A stretch of DNA of 32,000 nucleotides from Promethearchaeota archaeon (GTDB lineage Archaea; Asgardarchaeota; Hermodarchaeia; Hermodarchaeales; Hermodarchaeaceae): positions 30,001 to 62,000 of the forward strand of contig JBHLMI010000006.1 of the NCBI GenBank assembly GCA_048938295.1, given 5' to 3'. Position numbers and translations under genes: made by a program. Below the pieces are notes generated by a model. That model did no database searches and had not been told where the DNA came from. It saw only the letters and a list, made by a program, of their open reading frames with translations. Below, in pieces: positions 17,134 through 26,900 of this stretch. Position 1 is the first letter of the stretch; each line of letters begins with the position of its first letter.

Positions 17134-18021
17134 ATGAATGACGTGGATTTAGAAACAGCATGGAATGTGACTGGAAAACTCGGAAAAGACCTGGCCGTTG
17201 TGCTGGGAGCCCTCGCAAACCAGAAGCGGCTACGCGTGCTGTCGGCCTTGCTGATGGGGGTTAAACCGTTTAGTGAGTTAAGGAAAATTTCTGGGCTTGG
17301 AAAAACCGCATTATCCCATCATCTAGGGATTCTTGTGAAAGCCAATGTGATTAAACAAACCGGGCGAGGGCAATATGAAATGACCCTCGATGGCCAGGCA
17401 TTACTCACCGCCATTAGTTCCACATATTTGGAGACTAAACGATATGAAACTTTGCAATCGACACAGATGAAACGATACATCGAGAAGGTCTATGCATTAC
17501 GGAAAGAGAAGGAGATCGAAGATTTGTTTGTACAAGTAGTAGAGCTCGAACCCATGCGCGTGGCGAGTGTTCGAGCCATTAGTGCATCACCCGAAGTTGA
17601 TGCCTGGGAAAAAATGCGAACATGGGCACACCCTCAAGGATTATTGGACGATTATAACAAGCACCCGGTCTTTGGATTCAATAACCCGAATCCCTTGCCA
17701 GGACAGAAAGAATATGGATACGAGTTCTGGATTCGAATGGGTGCCCACTTCAAAGGTGAAGGAGAAATTGAGGCCAAGGATTATGAGGGGGGCTTGTTCG
17801 CTGTAACGACATGTAAACCCTGGGAAGAAATGCAATCAGAATTCGGAAAGAAACACGGGTACCTAGAATCTTGGAAGAAACTCGTGGACTGGGTGATTCT
17901 CAGCGAGAAGTATGAGATGGATGAATCTCGTCAGTGTCTGGAAAAACCGCATGACCAGGATGTTTCCTTTGAGGAGCTAGTGCTGGACTTGTATCAACCC
18001 ATCAAAGAGGTTAAGCGCTGA
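17134..18021 (+). CDS. ArsR-type HTH fused to a GyrI-like effector-binding domain
   Basis: LANQKRLRVL, TALSHHLGILVKANVI; C-terminal VVELEPMRVAS, VFGFNNPNP, YGYEFWI, GGLFAV, CLEK. Confidence 0.88.
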   Translation: MNDVDLETAWNVTGKLGKDLAVVLGALANQKRLRVLSALLMGVKPFSELRKISGLGKTALSHHLGILVKANVIKQTGRGQYEMTLDGQALLTAISSTYLETKRYETLQSTQMKRYIEKVYALRKEKEIEDLFVQVVELEPMRVASVRAISASPEVDAWEKMRTWAHPQGLLDDYNKHPVFGFNNPNPLPGQKEYGYEFWIRMGAHFKGEGEIEAKDYEGGLFAVTTCKPWEEMQSEFGKKHGYLESWKKLVDWVILSEKYEMDESRQCLEKPHDQDVSFEELVLDLYQPIKEVKR

Positions 18022-18557
18022 TGACCGACCTTTCACAACTCCGATATGAAAGAGCTACTGAAGACGATATTCCCGCCATGACCGCAGTGATGACCCGCAG
18101 CTTTGATGACGATTCACAGCGGTTCCGCGGAGAACCGGAAGGTGGCCCTGACGGATACAATGACGGACGGTTCTTTCAGCAGTGGATGCAACAAGGCAAA
18201 TGTTGGAAGATCCTCCTTGGCGATCAGCTAATTGGAGCTTTCCTCATCTTCGTGGGTTATCCGGAGAAAGGTTCTAATGCGCTAGGAACGATTTTCCTCG
18301 ACCCGGAATTTCAGGATCAAGGGATTGGTTCAGCTGTCATGGATCATGTGCACCGAACGTTTGCAGCGAAGCGATGGATCTTAGATACCCCGGAGTGGCA
18401 TACGCGGAATCATCACTTCTACGAGAAGCTGGGGTATCGGAAGATAGGTGAACAGGAAGAACCTCATGCTGGGTTTACCCTCCGTATCTATCAGAAGGAT
18501 ATGGCAGGGTTGGCTTTGGGCGGTGGGCGGACGTTCTTCCATTGCCTGGCAATCTAA
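18021..18557 (+). CDS. GNAT-family N-acetyltransferase
   Basis: IFLDPEFQDQGIGS, LDTPEWHTRNHHFYEKLGY; TGATG 1-nt overlap with the regulator. Confidence 0.92.
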   Translation: MTDLSQLRYERATEDDIPAMTAVMTRSFDDDSQRFRGEPEGGPDGYNDGRFFQQWMQQGKCWKILLGDQLIGAFLIFVGYPEKGSNALGTIFLDPEFQDQGIGSAVMDHVHRTFAAKRWILDTPEWHTRNHHFYEKLGYRKIGEQEEPHAGFTLRIYQKDMAGLALGGGRTFFHCLAI

Positions 18558-18647
18558 CTGGTTTACTTTGCGATTAGACTCCCTGATTATATAGGAGATA
18601 CTCCTAGTGATTCGGGAGTCATTCCCTTTTTTCTAAGATGGTTAGAG

Positions 18648-19682
18648 ATGAGCGAAGTAGTTTCAAAATGCGGGATGAACTGTGCAAAATGCCCTTGGTC
18701 TCCCATCACGCGGAAGCACATTTCTGATGAAGAAATTCCGAAAATGCGGAAACAGGCAAAGGCAATCTTGGGTTTTTCCCCAACAGAGAAGCCTTGTTTG
18801 TTGTGTTTAACACTGGATGAAAAAATTAGCAAAAAAGATGCAACACATTGGCATGCGCGTTTTCGTAAAGGATGCCAAGTGCGTAAATGTGTGACGAACA
18901 TGGGGATTAAGAACTGTGCCTATTGTTCACGATTCCCTTGTGACTTTGAACAAGCGCATGGAGGGACTTGGACACGAGAGGCTTATGAGAAAAAGCATGG
19001 ACGACCCTTAACTGATGAGGAGTATCACAGATTCATTGAACCATTCGAGGCAGTGACTCGATTACAACAGATCAGGAAAGAATTACGCTCCGATGAGATT
19101 GTTGAAGCAAAGACGGTTCCGCTCTTGAAGGTGGAGGTTGTGGACTTTCCTGCTTCATTGTCTGGTGCTCGAGCAGCTAGTTTCAAGCAGCTGCATTCGG
19201 TGTTGAAAACGTTGAAGGAGTCCACCCTTTCGGGTGTAGATGCAGATTTAGCAATTCAGCAAAGACGGCTGCAAAATCGGGTCAAATACTTGTTCCGATT
19301 TCTGTGGATTTTTGCTATACATGGTAAGTTGCAGGAGACAAACGGGAAGGCCCTCGTTGTTGATCCTGACGTGTATAAGAGTAACCGTGGAAGTGAAACC
19401 GCGTTAATGTCCGTGAGTACCTTGGAAAATGTGATTTTCCCCAATCTTGTTAAGGCGGGCATGAAAGCGGAAATTGATAAGTTGGATAAGGATTGGAAAG
19501 TGCCAACTGGATACCTTCGGATACGAGGGTGGGAAATGAAACTGGTTTTCACCAAGAAGATTGGGGGATTAGCTGGTCTGAAGGCATTATATGAATATGG
19601 TAAAGCTTTGTTGAAAAAGTATGGAAAACGGGCGTTTCAGTATTTCACTAATATTGATATGACCGTACTGATTGACAGCTAA
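18648..19682 (+). CDS. DUF3795-domain Cys-rich protein with uncharacterised C-terminal domain
   Basis: SKCGMNCAKCP, CLLC, CQVRKC, NCAYCSRFPC. Confidence 0.8.
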   Translation: MSEVVSKCGMNCAKCPWSPITRKHISDEEIPKMRKQAKAILGFSPTEKPCLLCLTLDEKISKKDATHWHARFRKGCQVRKCVTNMGIKNCAYCSRFPCDFEQAHGGTWTREAYEKKHGRPLTDEEYHRFIEPFEAVTRLQQIRKELRSDEIVEAKTVPLLKVEVVDFPASLSGARAASFKQLHSVLKTLKESTLSGVDADLAIQQRRLQNRVKYLFRFLWIFAIHGKLQETNGKALVVDPDVYKSNRGSETALMSVSTLENVIFPNLVKAGMKAEIDKLDKDWKVPTGYLRIRGWEMKLVFTKKIGGLAGLKALYEYGKALLKKYGKRAFQYFTNIDMTVLIDS

Positions 19683-19697
19683 TGGAGTAAGGCCACC

Positions 19698-20063
19698 TTG
19701 ACAAAAGATATCTTGGGCATTTTTGTTACCGAATATGATAGCCCTGCGAAAGCTGACAGTGTTGTTACAGTGATGAAAACCTGCCCTCATCTGGTGGTTG
19801 GAGGTACCTCGGGAAATATCGTTTTGATGGGCTTCATTGTGCCGGAATCCCTAAAGTGGTAGTTCGAAGCACCAGCAGAAAGTCCTGAAATCCTTGGCGC
19901 CAAGAAGGTCAAGGTATTCATCATTGACGACATCACTTATCCTGGCAAATTTGTTCCTCGACTTCCCGAAAAGAAATTCGCTTCTCCCCCCTGTGGAGCC
20001 AATTGCAATGATTGTCCGATGCGTGAAAAATACGAGTGCCCTGGATGTCCGGCGGTAATCTAA
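19698..20063 (+). pseudogene. 121-codon ORF with one in-frame TAG and a C-terminal Cys cluster (pseudogene or readthrough)
   Basis: TTG at 19698, TAG at 19860-19862 (codon 55, KW*FE), same frame continues to TAA at 20061 and ends PCGANCNDCPMREKYECPGCPAVI. Confidence 0.7.
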
Positions 20064-20073
20064 CTCGGTGATT

Positions 20074-21405
20074 TCATTTCATTGCTAGCCATAGCGCTTG
20101 AAGCGCTGTTTTTTCGGCTTCATAAACTTCGTGAAATCGATCGCTTAATTCTTCGAAGAGGGTTATAAGTTCACGCTGATTAAGTGGTGGTTCTTCAGAG
20201 AACTCAGTTCGTATCCTCTGAAGTTGCCTGCTGAGAGTATCAAGAGAGTTGGATTTGACGCTTCCATGGGCTTTGAAAGTGTTATGCCAGTTAAGGGCTG
20301 TTTGTCTAGCGTGTAGCAGTTCAGGAATATCATCGTTGAGGGCTTCTGTGCCAATTTCGTCCCACATGATGCCGATTTCGGAAAACTGGTGAGCGATCTG
20401 TTTGAGTTCAGGTTTCTTTAGAATGTCACTAGCTTCTTCTAAGAAATCTGCATATGAGGAACGGAGTGCGCCACCATCACTATTGTAGAAGGCGATTTGT
20501 GCATGGATTCGGGTTAATGTATCAAAGAGCTGCCAGGATTCTGGGAAGAGAGCCAGCCATCCACGTTTCCCTTTGAAGTCGCTGATTTTTGTTGCCATGG
20601 CGTGCCAAGCTTCGGTTCGATAATGTGTGCCGGCGATGATAGCTTTTTCATGGAGTAGGCTTTCGACGCAGTCCCAAATTCCAAGTCGGATGGCTTTGGC
20701 AAGGTCAGGTTTAGTTTGTGGAGAATCAAGTGTGTAGGTTATATTTTTCCAAGCTTTGACAATACCCCGTGATTCGGCTAGCTGTTGTGTAGTGAGAGTA
20801 ACGGGTTGGTTGCTGAAATCCGAGATATGTGTTTTCTGTGCATCCTCATCAATGCCATACACAGTGACAAGATGCTCAGCAATCCATGAATATGGTAGTG
20901 AATAATATGGGAGAAAATTGACAAACTCATCATAAAGGAGTGGAGGAAAGAAATTAGGATCTTGTTCGTACTTGGTTTTTATGTCATGATGATGGTAGAT
21001 TCCTTGCCAGATCGAGAGGACAACCATCACGGGTTTACCAGCCTGAAGTGAGTTGGTAAGAAAGTGTTGAGCTGTTTTTCGACTGGCTGAATACTTCGTT
21101 GTAAGTTGAGCTCCAATCCGAGCAGCGGCTTTCGATAGGAAGATTTGCTCTTGCTTCTTAGTGTAGTTTTGTAGATGATGGAATCGAATAGCGAGTTGAT
21201 TGTGGGGTTGGTGGGATGGATCAATTCCTGTGTAGGTCATAACGTTGTATTCTGCACCTAATCCGCCCCCGATACCCATGAGAAGGGCTTCAGTGAAAGG
21301 TTCATCAGTATGGGGTGCGTGCACTCTGTAATGGTCTAAGATGTTACGGAGTGCTCCAGCTGTACGTTCTGTTGCTCCAAATTGTGAGTATCCTTCGATG
21401 ATCAT
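20074..21405 (-). CDS. BtrH N-terminal / DUF4872-like protein
   Basis: GALRNIL, PFTEALLMGIGGGLG, LQAGKPV, YLPY-like FLPY, EHLVTVYGID, DGGALRSSYADFLEEA. Confidence 0.8.
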   Translation of the reverse strand: MIIEGYSQFGATERTAGALRNILDHYRVHAPHTDEPFTEALLMGIGGGLGAEYNVMTYTGIDPSHQPHNQLAIRFHHLQNYTKKQEQIFLSKAAARIGAQLTTKYSASRKTAQHFLTNSLQAGKPVMVVLSIWQGIYHHHDIKTKYEQDPNFFPPLLYDEFVNFLPYYSLPYSWIAEHLVTVYGIDEDAQKTHISDFSNQPVTLTTQQLAESRGIVKAWKNITYTLDSPQTKPDLAKAIRLGIWDCVESLLHEKAIIAGTHYRTEAWHAMATKISDFKGKRGWLALFPESWQLFDTLTRIHAQIAFYNSDGGALRSSYADFLEEASDILKKPELKQIAHQFSEIGIMWDEIGTEALNDDIPELLHARQTALNWHNTFKAHGSVKSNSLDTLSRQLQRIRTEFSEEPPLNQRELITLFEELSDRFHEVYEAEKTALQALWLAMK

Positions 21406-21408
21406 AAG

Positions 21409-22146
21409 TTAAAGCTCCGCTTTGGTGAGCATGACATGGTGGAATCCTTCTTTGTCGAAGTCTTTGCTAATTGTCCAATCCGCTTGTTGTATCGTCTCTT
21501 GAAATTGGTCGTTGGTAGGAAGCCAGAGGCCAAACCAGGATCCGAAATATCCAAGGAAGCGGAATCGGAGAATTATTTCCCCTTTGAGGCGGCCAGCGGC
21601 GAGATTGTGTTTATGGATTGCGAGGTGAAAGGGATCATCGGTTTGTTCCACATTGGCATAGGAGAGTAAGATGTTTGCATCTGGTGTACCAAGTTGATGT
21701 AGGTTTTTGAGCAGGCGGAGGGTGTTGGGTTGATTTCCTAGAATCCCGAAATTGTTGAAGAGCAACAGAAAAGTGTTGAAGGGTTTCTTGAATGAGGGCA
21801 GGTGGGCAGCAGAACCTTGCACGACTTTTTTCAATCCGCGCTTATTGCAGACGTAAACAGCTCCTTCGGAAATGTCCAAGCCAATGACATCTATTCCCTT
21901 TTCCTGGAGGTAGAGTGCGTGACGACCTGCACCACAACCAATATCGAGGACCGGCGATTCAGCCTGCTGAAGAAGGGCTAGTTCATTGTCTGGCCAGTCT
22001 TCCTTCGTGGCGAAGTACTTTTGCGTGTTATTGCAGGTGATATAGCCGTCTTCCCGTTCAATGAGATGGAAGATGGGTTCTTTAGAAACTAGTTGCTCTT
22101 TGAGTATTAACCCGAAGATATCAGGCGTCACTGCTTTTTCTAACAA
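21409..22146 (-). CDS. Class I SAM-dependent methyltransferase
   Basis: IEREDGYI, VLDIGCGAGRHALYLQ, GLDIS, LFNNFGILG. Confidence 0.92.
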   Translation of the reverse strand: MLEKAVTPDIFGLILKEQLVSKEPIFHLIEREDGYITCNNTQKYFATKEDWPDNELALLQQAESPVLDIGCGAGRHALYLQEKGIDVIGLDISEGAVYVCNKRGLKKVVQGSAAHLPSFKKPFNTFLLLFNNFGILGNQPNTLRLLKNLHQLGTPDANILLSYANVEQTDDPFHLAIHKHNLAAGRLKGEIILRFRFLGYFGSWFGLWLPTNDQFQETIQQADWTISKDFDKEGFHHVMLTKAEL

Positions 22147-22231
22147 TGTTCTCTCACCTCACAAACCCTAGGATGCTAGTAGTTTTTATGATTACTCAAA
22201 CTAACACACCAAGAATAAGAATCATATAGAT

Positions 22232-22708
22232 ATGGTTGGAAACGCTTTGGCTGAAGAACTCCATCAACGGATGTATGACCGCACTCGTGAACCCACAGAT
22301 ACAGACATAATCTCCTTCATCTCGGATTCCCAAGCAGTTAGTGCCTGGAACCAATTAATGAAATATATGGATAGCTTCTATGATCTTGCGAAGGAGGTGC
22401 TCTACTATGGTGATCGGTATGGTTGGCTGGTTCGGTATCGCAAGAGTAAGCGGACCATTGTGTCCATGTTTCCTGAAACCAATAGTTTTAGTTTTCTCAT
22501 TATCTATGGCAAAAACGAGATTGACAAGTTTGAGAATCAGAAATCAGACTTCTTACCATCAGTTGTGGATGTGTTTGAAAAAACGGAGAAATTACACGAT
22601 GGGAAGTGGCTATGGATCCGTGTGAAGAATACGTCTGTGCTTGAAGATTTGAAGAAACTGATTGCCATCAAAAGAAAGCCCAATGTATTGGGCCAAACTG
22701 GGCATTGA
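22232..22708 (+). CDS. DUF3788-family protein
   Basis: YYGDRYGWLVRYRKSKRTIVSMFPE, LHDGKWLWI, DLKKLIAIKRKP. Confidence 0.85.
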   Translation: MVGNALAEELHQRMYDRTREPTDTDIISFISDSQAVSAWNQLMKYMDSFYDLAKEVLYYGDRYGWLVRYRKSKRTIVSMFPETNSFSFLIIYGKNEIDKFENQKSDFLPSVVDVFEKTEKLHDGKWLWIRVKNTSVLEDLKKLIAIKRKPNVLGQTGH

Positions 22709-22721
22709 AAAAACAAAAGTT

Positions 22722-22751
22722 AGAGGCTAGAAGAAAATCTTCTAGTCCTCT
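22722..22751. terminator. Hairpin between convergent genes
   Basis: AGAGGCTAGAAG-AAAAT-CTTCTAGTCCTCT, 12 bp with one bulge. Confidence 0.5.
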
Positions 22752-22767
22752 TACTGGAAGTGCTGAA

Positions 22768-23214
22768 TTATTTGTTCTGTTTGTAGAGCGCTTCGATGAA
22801 AGGTCCGAAGCCTTTCTTGCGACTTTCGAAGTCTTTCTTCTCTTCGCCGTATTGCTTGCACTGTTCGCACTTGAAGAACCATTCTAGCTGCTTCTTGGGA
22901 GTGTCGGGTATAGTGTGTTTGACTTGTATCTTGTCTTTGTAGTTACCGAATTTTTGGATGTTCGCCCAGGGAATGAAGCCTGCGAGTGCACCAGCAGCCA
23001 TGGAAACAAAGGATACTTCAAAGAGCCCTGTCTTCGCAGCGTAGAAAGCGATGCCTTGATCAGTGATAACCACGGAACCAGATTTCTTGTGTGCGCCCAT
23101 ACCTCGTTTGAGTACTTCAGCACGGGTCGTATAGAGGATGTTTGCTTCCGCTGGAATGAGTTTTTCGTATCCAGAATCTAGTTGATCTATCGGTATGTAG
23201 TGATGTTCAGACAT
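22768..23214 (-). CDS. Hypothetical protein, possibly PH/GRAM-like fold
   Basis: ATG at 23214 preferred; GSVVITDQGIAF and FIPWANI pattern. Confidence 0.55.
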   Translation of the reverse strand: MSEHHYIPIDQLDSGYEKLIPAEANILYTTRAEVLKRGMGAHKKSGSVVITDQGIAFYAAKTGLFEVSFVSMAAGALAGFIPWANIQKFGNYKDKIQVKHTIPDTPKKQLEWFFKCEQCKQYGEEKKDFESRKKGFGPFIEALYKQNK

Positions 23215-23318
23215 TGTGATATCCCCAAAGGGCACCAACCGATGATGCTATTTAAAGCGTGAGTTAACGAAGTTTAGGACAGTTTTGGAATTAAGTTTCG
23301 CTTAATGACCGAGTAAGC

Positions 23319-23834
23319 CTAGTGAATCAGAGGTTTTCCGTACTTAGCTCTGAGTTTTTGATAAAGGAAGGGTTGATAAACTCGGTTTAGATCAATCGGT
23401 CCAAACCTCTTTTCATCAGAGAAACTTGAGCATTCATAAAGAAACGTAGGCTTCCCCAGCCATTTCAGCCGTTCAAGATTCGCAGCGATTTGACTGCTCT
23501 GATTCACCCAAATAATAATCGCTGAATCACAGGCCTCAATCATGTTACGCTCGCGTTCAGCAAGAACATCACCGTATTTCATATCCAACCAATCACCGGC
23601 ATTGTATCGGAGGCTGCGGGCATGCCCGACAATAACATCACGGTAACCTTGGCTGTGAAGGTAATCTTGGTACAGGTGACAGGCCCCGGGAGCTTCACCG
23701 ACGATTATTTGCATCTGTTCTTTAATAGCGGCGTTGAGTAACTGTTTCACTACTTTGGGGAGTTTATGGTCTGTGTAAGCTTTGCTTCCCATGAGGAGGA
23801 GCTTTTTTCCTTTGCCAAGTACCACTTCATCCAA
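23319..23834 (-). CDS. SLOG-superfamily (YspA/DUF2493-like) protein
   Basis: LLLMGSK, IIVGEAPGAC, RERNMIEACDSAIIIW, LGKP; GGTGA SD before TTG. Confidence 0.6.
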   Translation of the reverse strand: MDEVVLGKGKKLLLMGSKAYTDHKLPKVVKQLLNAAIKEQMQIIVGEAPGACHLYQDYLHSQGYRDVIVGHARSLRYNAGDWLDMKYGDVLAERERNMIEACDSAIIIWVNQSSQIAANLERLKWLGKPTFLYECSSFSDEKRFGPIDLNRVYQPFLYQKLRAKYGKPLIH

Positions 23835-23982
23835 ATCGCGTCACCTTTCATGGAGTTTAGGTGTTCATCAGATTGGGCGATTACTTTTAGTATTGTCCCT
23901 GTTGGGTTTTATACGTTTAAGGAGACCTTCGTGTAATTACAAAGGATAATAGTAGGTTTCAGTTTACGTTGGGACGATGTAG

Positions 23983-26900
23983 ATGGATATCCACGTGAAG
24001 GGTGCCAGTGAGCACAACCTCAAGGATATTGATGTTCGATTCCGTGATGGCCTTACTGTGGTCACCGGGGTCTCGGGTTCAGGCAAGACCTCCTTGGTGT
24101 TTGATACTTTATACCATGAGGCAAATCGGCGCTTCTTGGAAGTCTTCTTATATGGTCGGGGCGGTCAACGATTAGCCCCAGCAAATGTTGAAACAGTCAC
24201 AGGTTTGGGACCAGCAATTGCTGTAGGTCAAAATCTGTTGAATCGAAACCCAGGATCAACTCTCGCAACAGCATCGGGTTTGCATCCATTTTTGCGATTA
24301 CTCTTTACGAACTATGGAGTTCGGTATTGTCTGAAATGCCACGAGCCTTTATCGGTGTTGACCGAAGATGAACTGGTCGAACGATTAACAGCGTTGTCTA
24401 AAGAGGAACCCTACCAACTCTTCGCACCGCTCTTACAGGACATCCAAGGAAGTCATAAGATCCTGCTTGCAACTCTGAGAAACGAATTTGAGAAAGGACA
24501 AATAATTATCGATGGAAAAGAATGGCAAGGAAACGCATTATCTCCAAAAGAGCCTCATTCTATCGACCTCCATATCGGAGCAATTGATGCCAAAAGCTCG
24601 ACTAAGAAAATTCGAGAATTGACCCAACAGGCAATTGCACTAGGTGCTGGAGCTATCCACGTAACATCCAAGAAATCCAACATAACTCTGACAACGACAC
24701 AAAATTGTAGTGTGTGTGGAACAGGTTTTCGGGAGCTGCGTCCCACGCATTTCAATCAGTCATGCCCTTATTGCAAAGGTAAGGGCTGTGAACGCTGTGA
24801 TAGGACTGGGATGCATCCTCAAGCTGCAACAGTCCGATGGGAAGGGATGCGATTACCAGAACTACTCGCACTTTCTGTTGATAACACACATGAATTGTTC
24901 AATCGAGTGAAATTACCTTCGACCGCAAAACGCTTACTTTCTGAGATTCAGAGACGGCTCGATGCTTTAGCCCGAGTGGGTCTTGGATATATTTCCTTGG
25001 ACCGTTCATCCCCTACCCTATCACGGGGTGAATCGCAGCGGGTGAGACTAGCTATTTCCTTGTCAAGTCGTCTGGAAGACATTGTGCATGTACTAGATGA
25101 ACCAACCATTGGTCAGCACCCGGCGGATATAGCCCGGTTGCTACCCGCCTTCCGTGAGTTGTCCGGACCGGTTATCTTTGTTGAGCACGAAAGAGTAGCT
25201 GCTGCATCAGCGGATTATGCAATCGACTTAGGTCCCGGGGCTGGAAAGAACGGCGGTGAAGTGGTCTTTGAAGGTTCACCTAAAGAATTATGGCTAGCGG
25301 ATACTGTCACGGGACAGTATTTCAGCCTCCGAAACCGAGTCGTGCACCCTGAATCCCGTCCACCACCGAAAGGCTTCATTACGGTCAGGAAGGCGCACCA
25401 ACATAACCTGAAGAATATTGATGTGAAAATCCCTCTAGGTCGCTTGATAGTAATATCTGGTGTATCGGGTTCGGGAAAAAGCACACTGGTTGAGCATGTG
25501 CTTGTGCCTTCGTTGGCTAAGAAGACACCCATGGGGTGTGAAGAGATTGAAGGGCCAACGATTAAACCTGTGTTAGTTGACCAAAGTCCCATTGGGCGCA
25601 ATCCACGTTCCAATCCAGCAACCTATACAAAACTCTCAGATATCATCCGTGATCTCTTTGCTGATGCTACAGGGCTATCAAAATCACACTTCTCTTTCAA
25701 TCGCCCCGAAGGCGCATGTCCTCTCTGCAAAGGCATCGGGGCTGCCGAGGTGAAAATGCAATATCTCCCATCGATTTGGCTTCCCTGTGAAGAATGCAAG
25801 GGGCAACGCTTTAGCCGAGAAGTCTTGTCAGCACTTGTAGACTTTAATGGTGGACAACTCTCCATTGCTGATTTCTATGCCCTACCGATAGCCGATACCG
25901 AGAAAATGTTAACGAAATCTCCACACCTGTCTGAATCGAAACGTGAAGCCGCTCAACGCATCCTCAAAGCGCTAACTGATGTGGGGCTAGGCTATCTGGA
26001 GTTGGGACAACCCTCACCAACTCTCTCAGGTGGTGAAGCTCAACGGGTAAAACTCACCAAGTTTTTGGGGCGAAACCGGCTAACAAATCAGCTAATCATC
26101 CTTGATGAACCTTCAACTGGACTCCATCCCAATGATCTTAATGGACTGCTTGTAGTTTTGGATCGGTTGGTACGTCACGGAGCAACCATTGTAGTCGTTG
26201 AGCACAATACAGACTTCATGCGAGCAGCTGACTGGATTATCGATCTTGGTCCTGGTGCAGGACCACGCGGCGGTGAGCTCCTCTATGAAGGCCCACCGGA
26301 ACAGTTGTTAGATGTCAAAGAATCTTTAACAGGCGAGGCTTTGAGGAATGAGGCTCAGATTCAGCCACGTGGAATTCCGAAGAAGACGGAACCTGTTAAA
26401 ACACCTGTTATTACCGTGCGAAATGCTCGATCAAATAACTTGAAGGGAATTAACGTCGATATTCCAAAGAGCTCATTAACTGTTGTTACGGGCGTGTCTG
26501 GTTCTGGGAAGTCGAGTTTGGTGCAAAATGTCCTGCAAACTGAGGCTCGCCGCAGATACCTTGAAACGCTATCGATGTATGAACGCCAAGGAATACGTGA
26601 AGGTGCTAAAGCACCTGTTGATTCAATTACTGGACTAGGTGTGACACTAACTGTCACGGCTCACCGGGCCCACCTCTGGACCCACATCCCACAGTTTACT
26701 CGTCGGAATACTGTCGGTGCACTCACCGAAATTAGCCCCCACCTTGCCAACCTCTTAGCGGCGTTGGGAGAACGAACCTGCCTGAATTGTGGTGCCACGA
26801 TGCAGCGTGGTAAACAATGGCATTGTCCCAAGTGTGATGATACTGCTCCGCTGGCAAACCCACAATATTTCTCATCTGCACACTGGACAAGTTCATGTAA

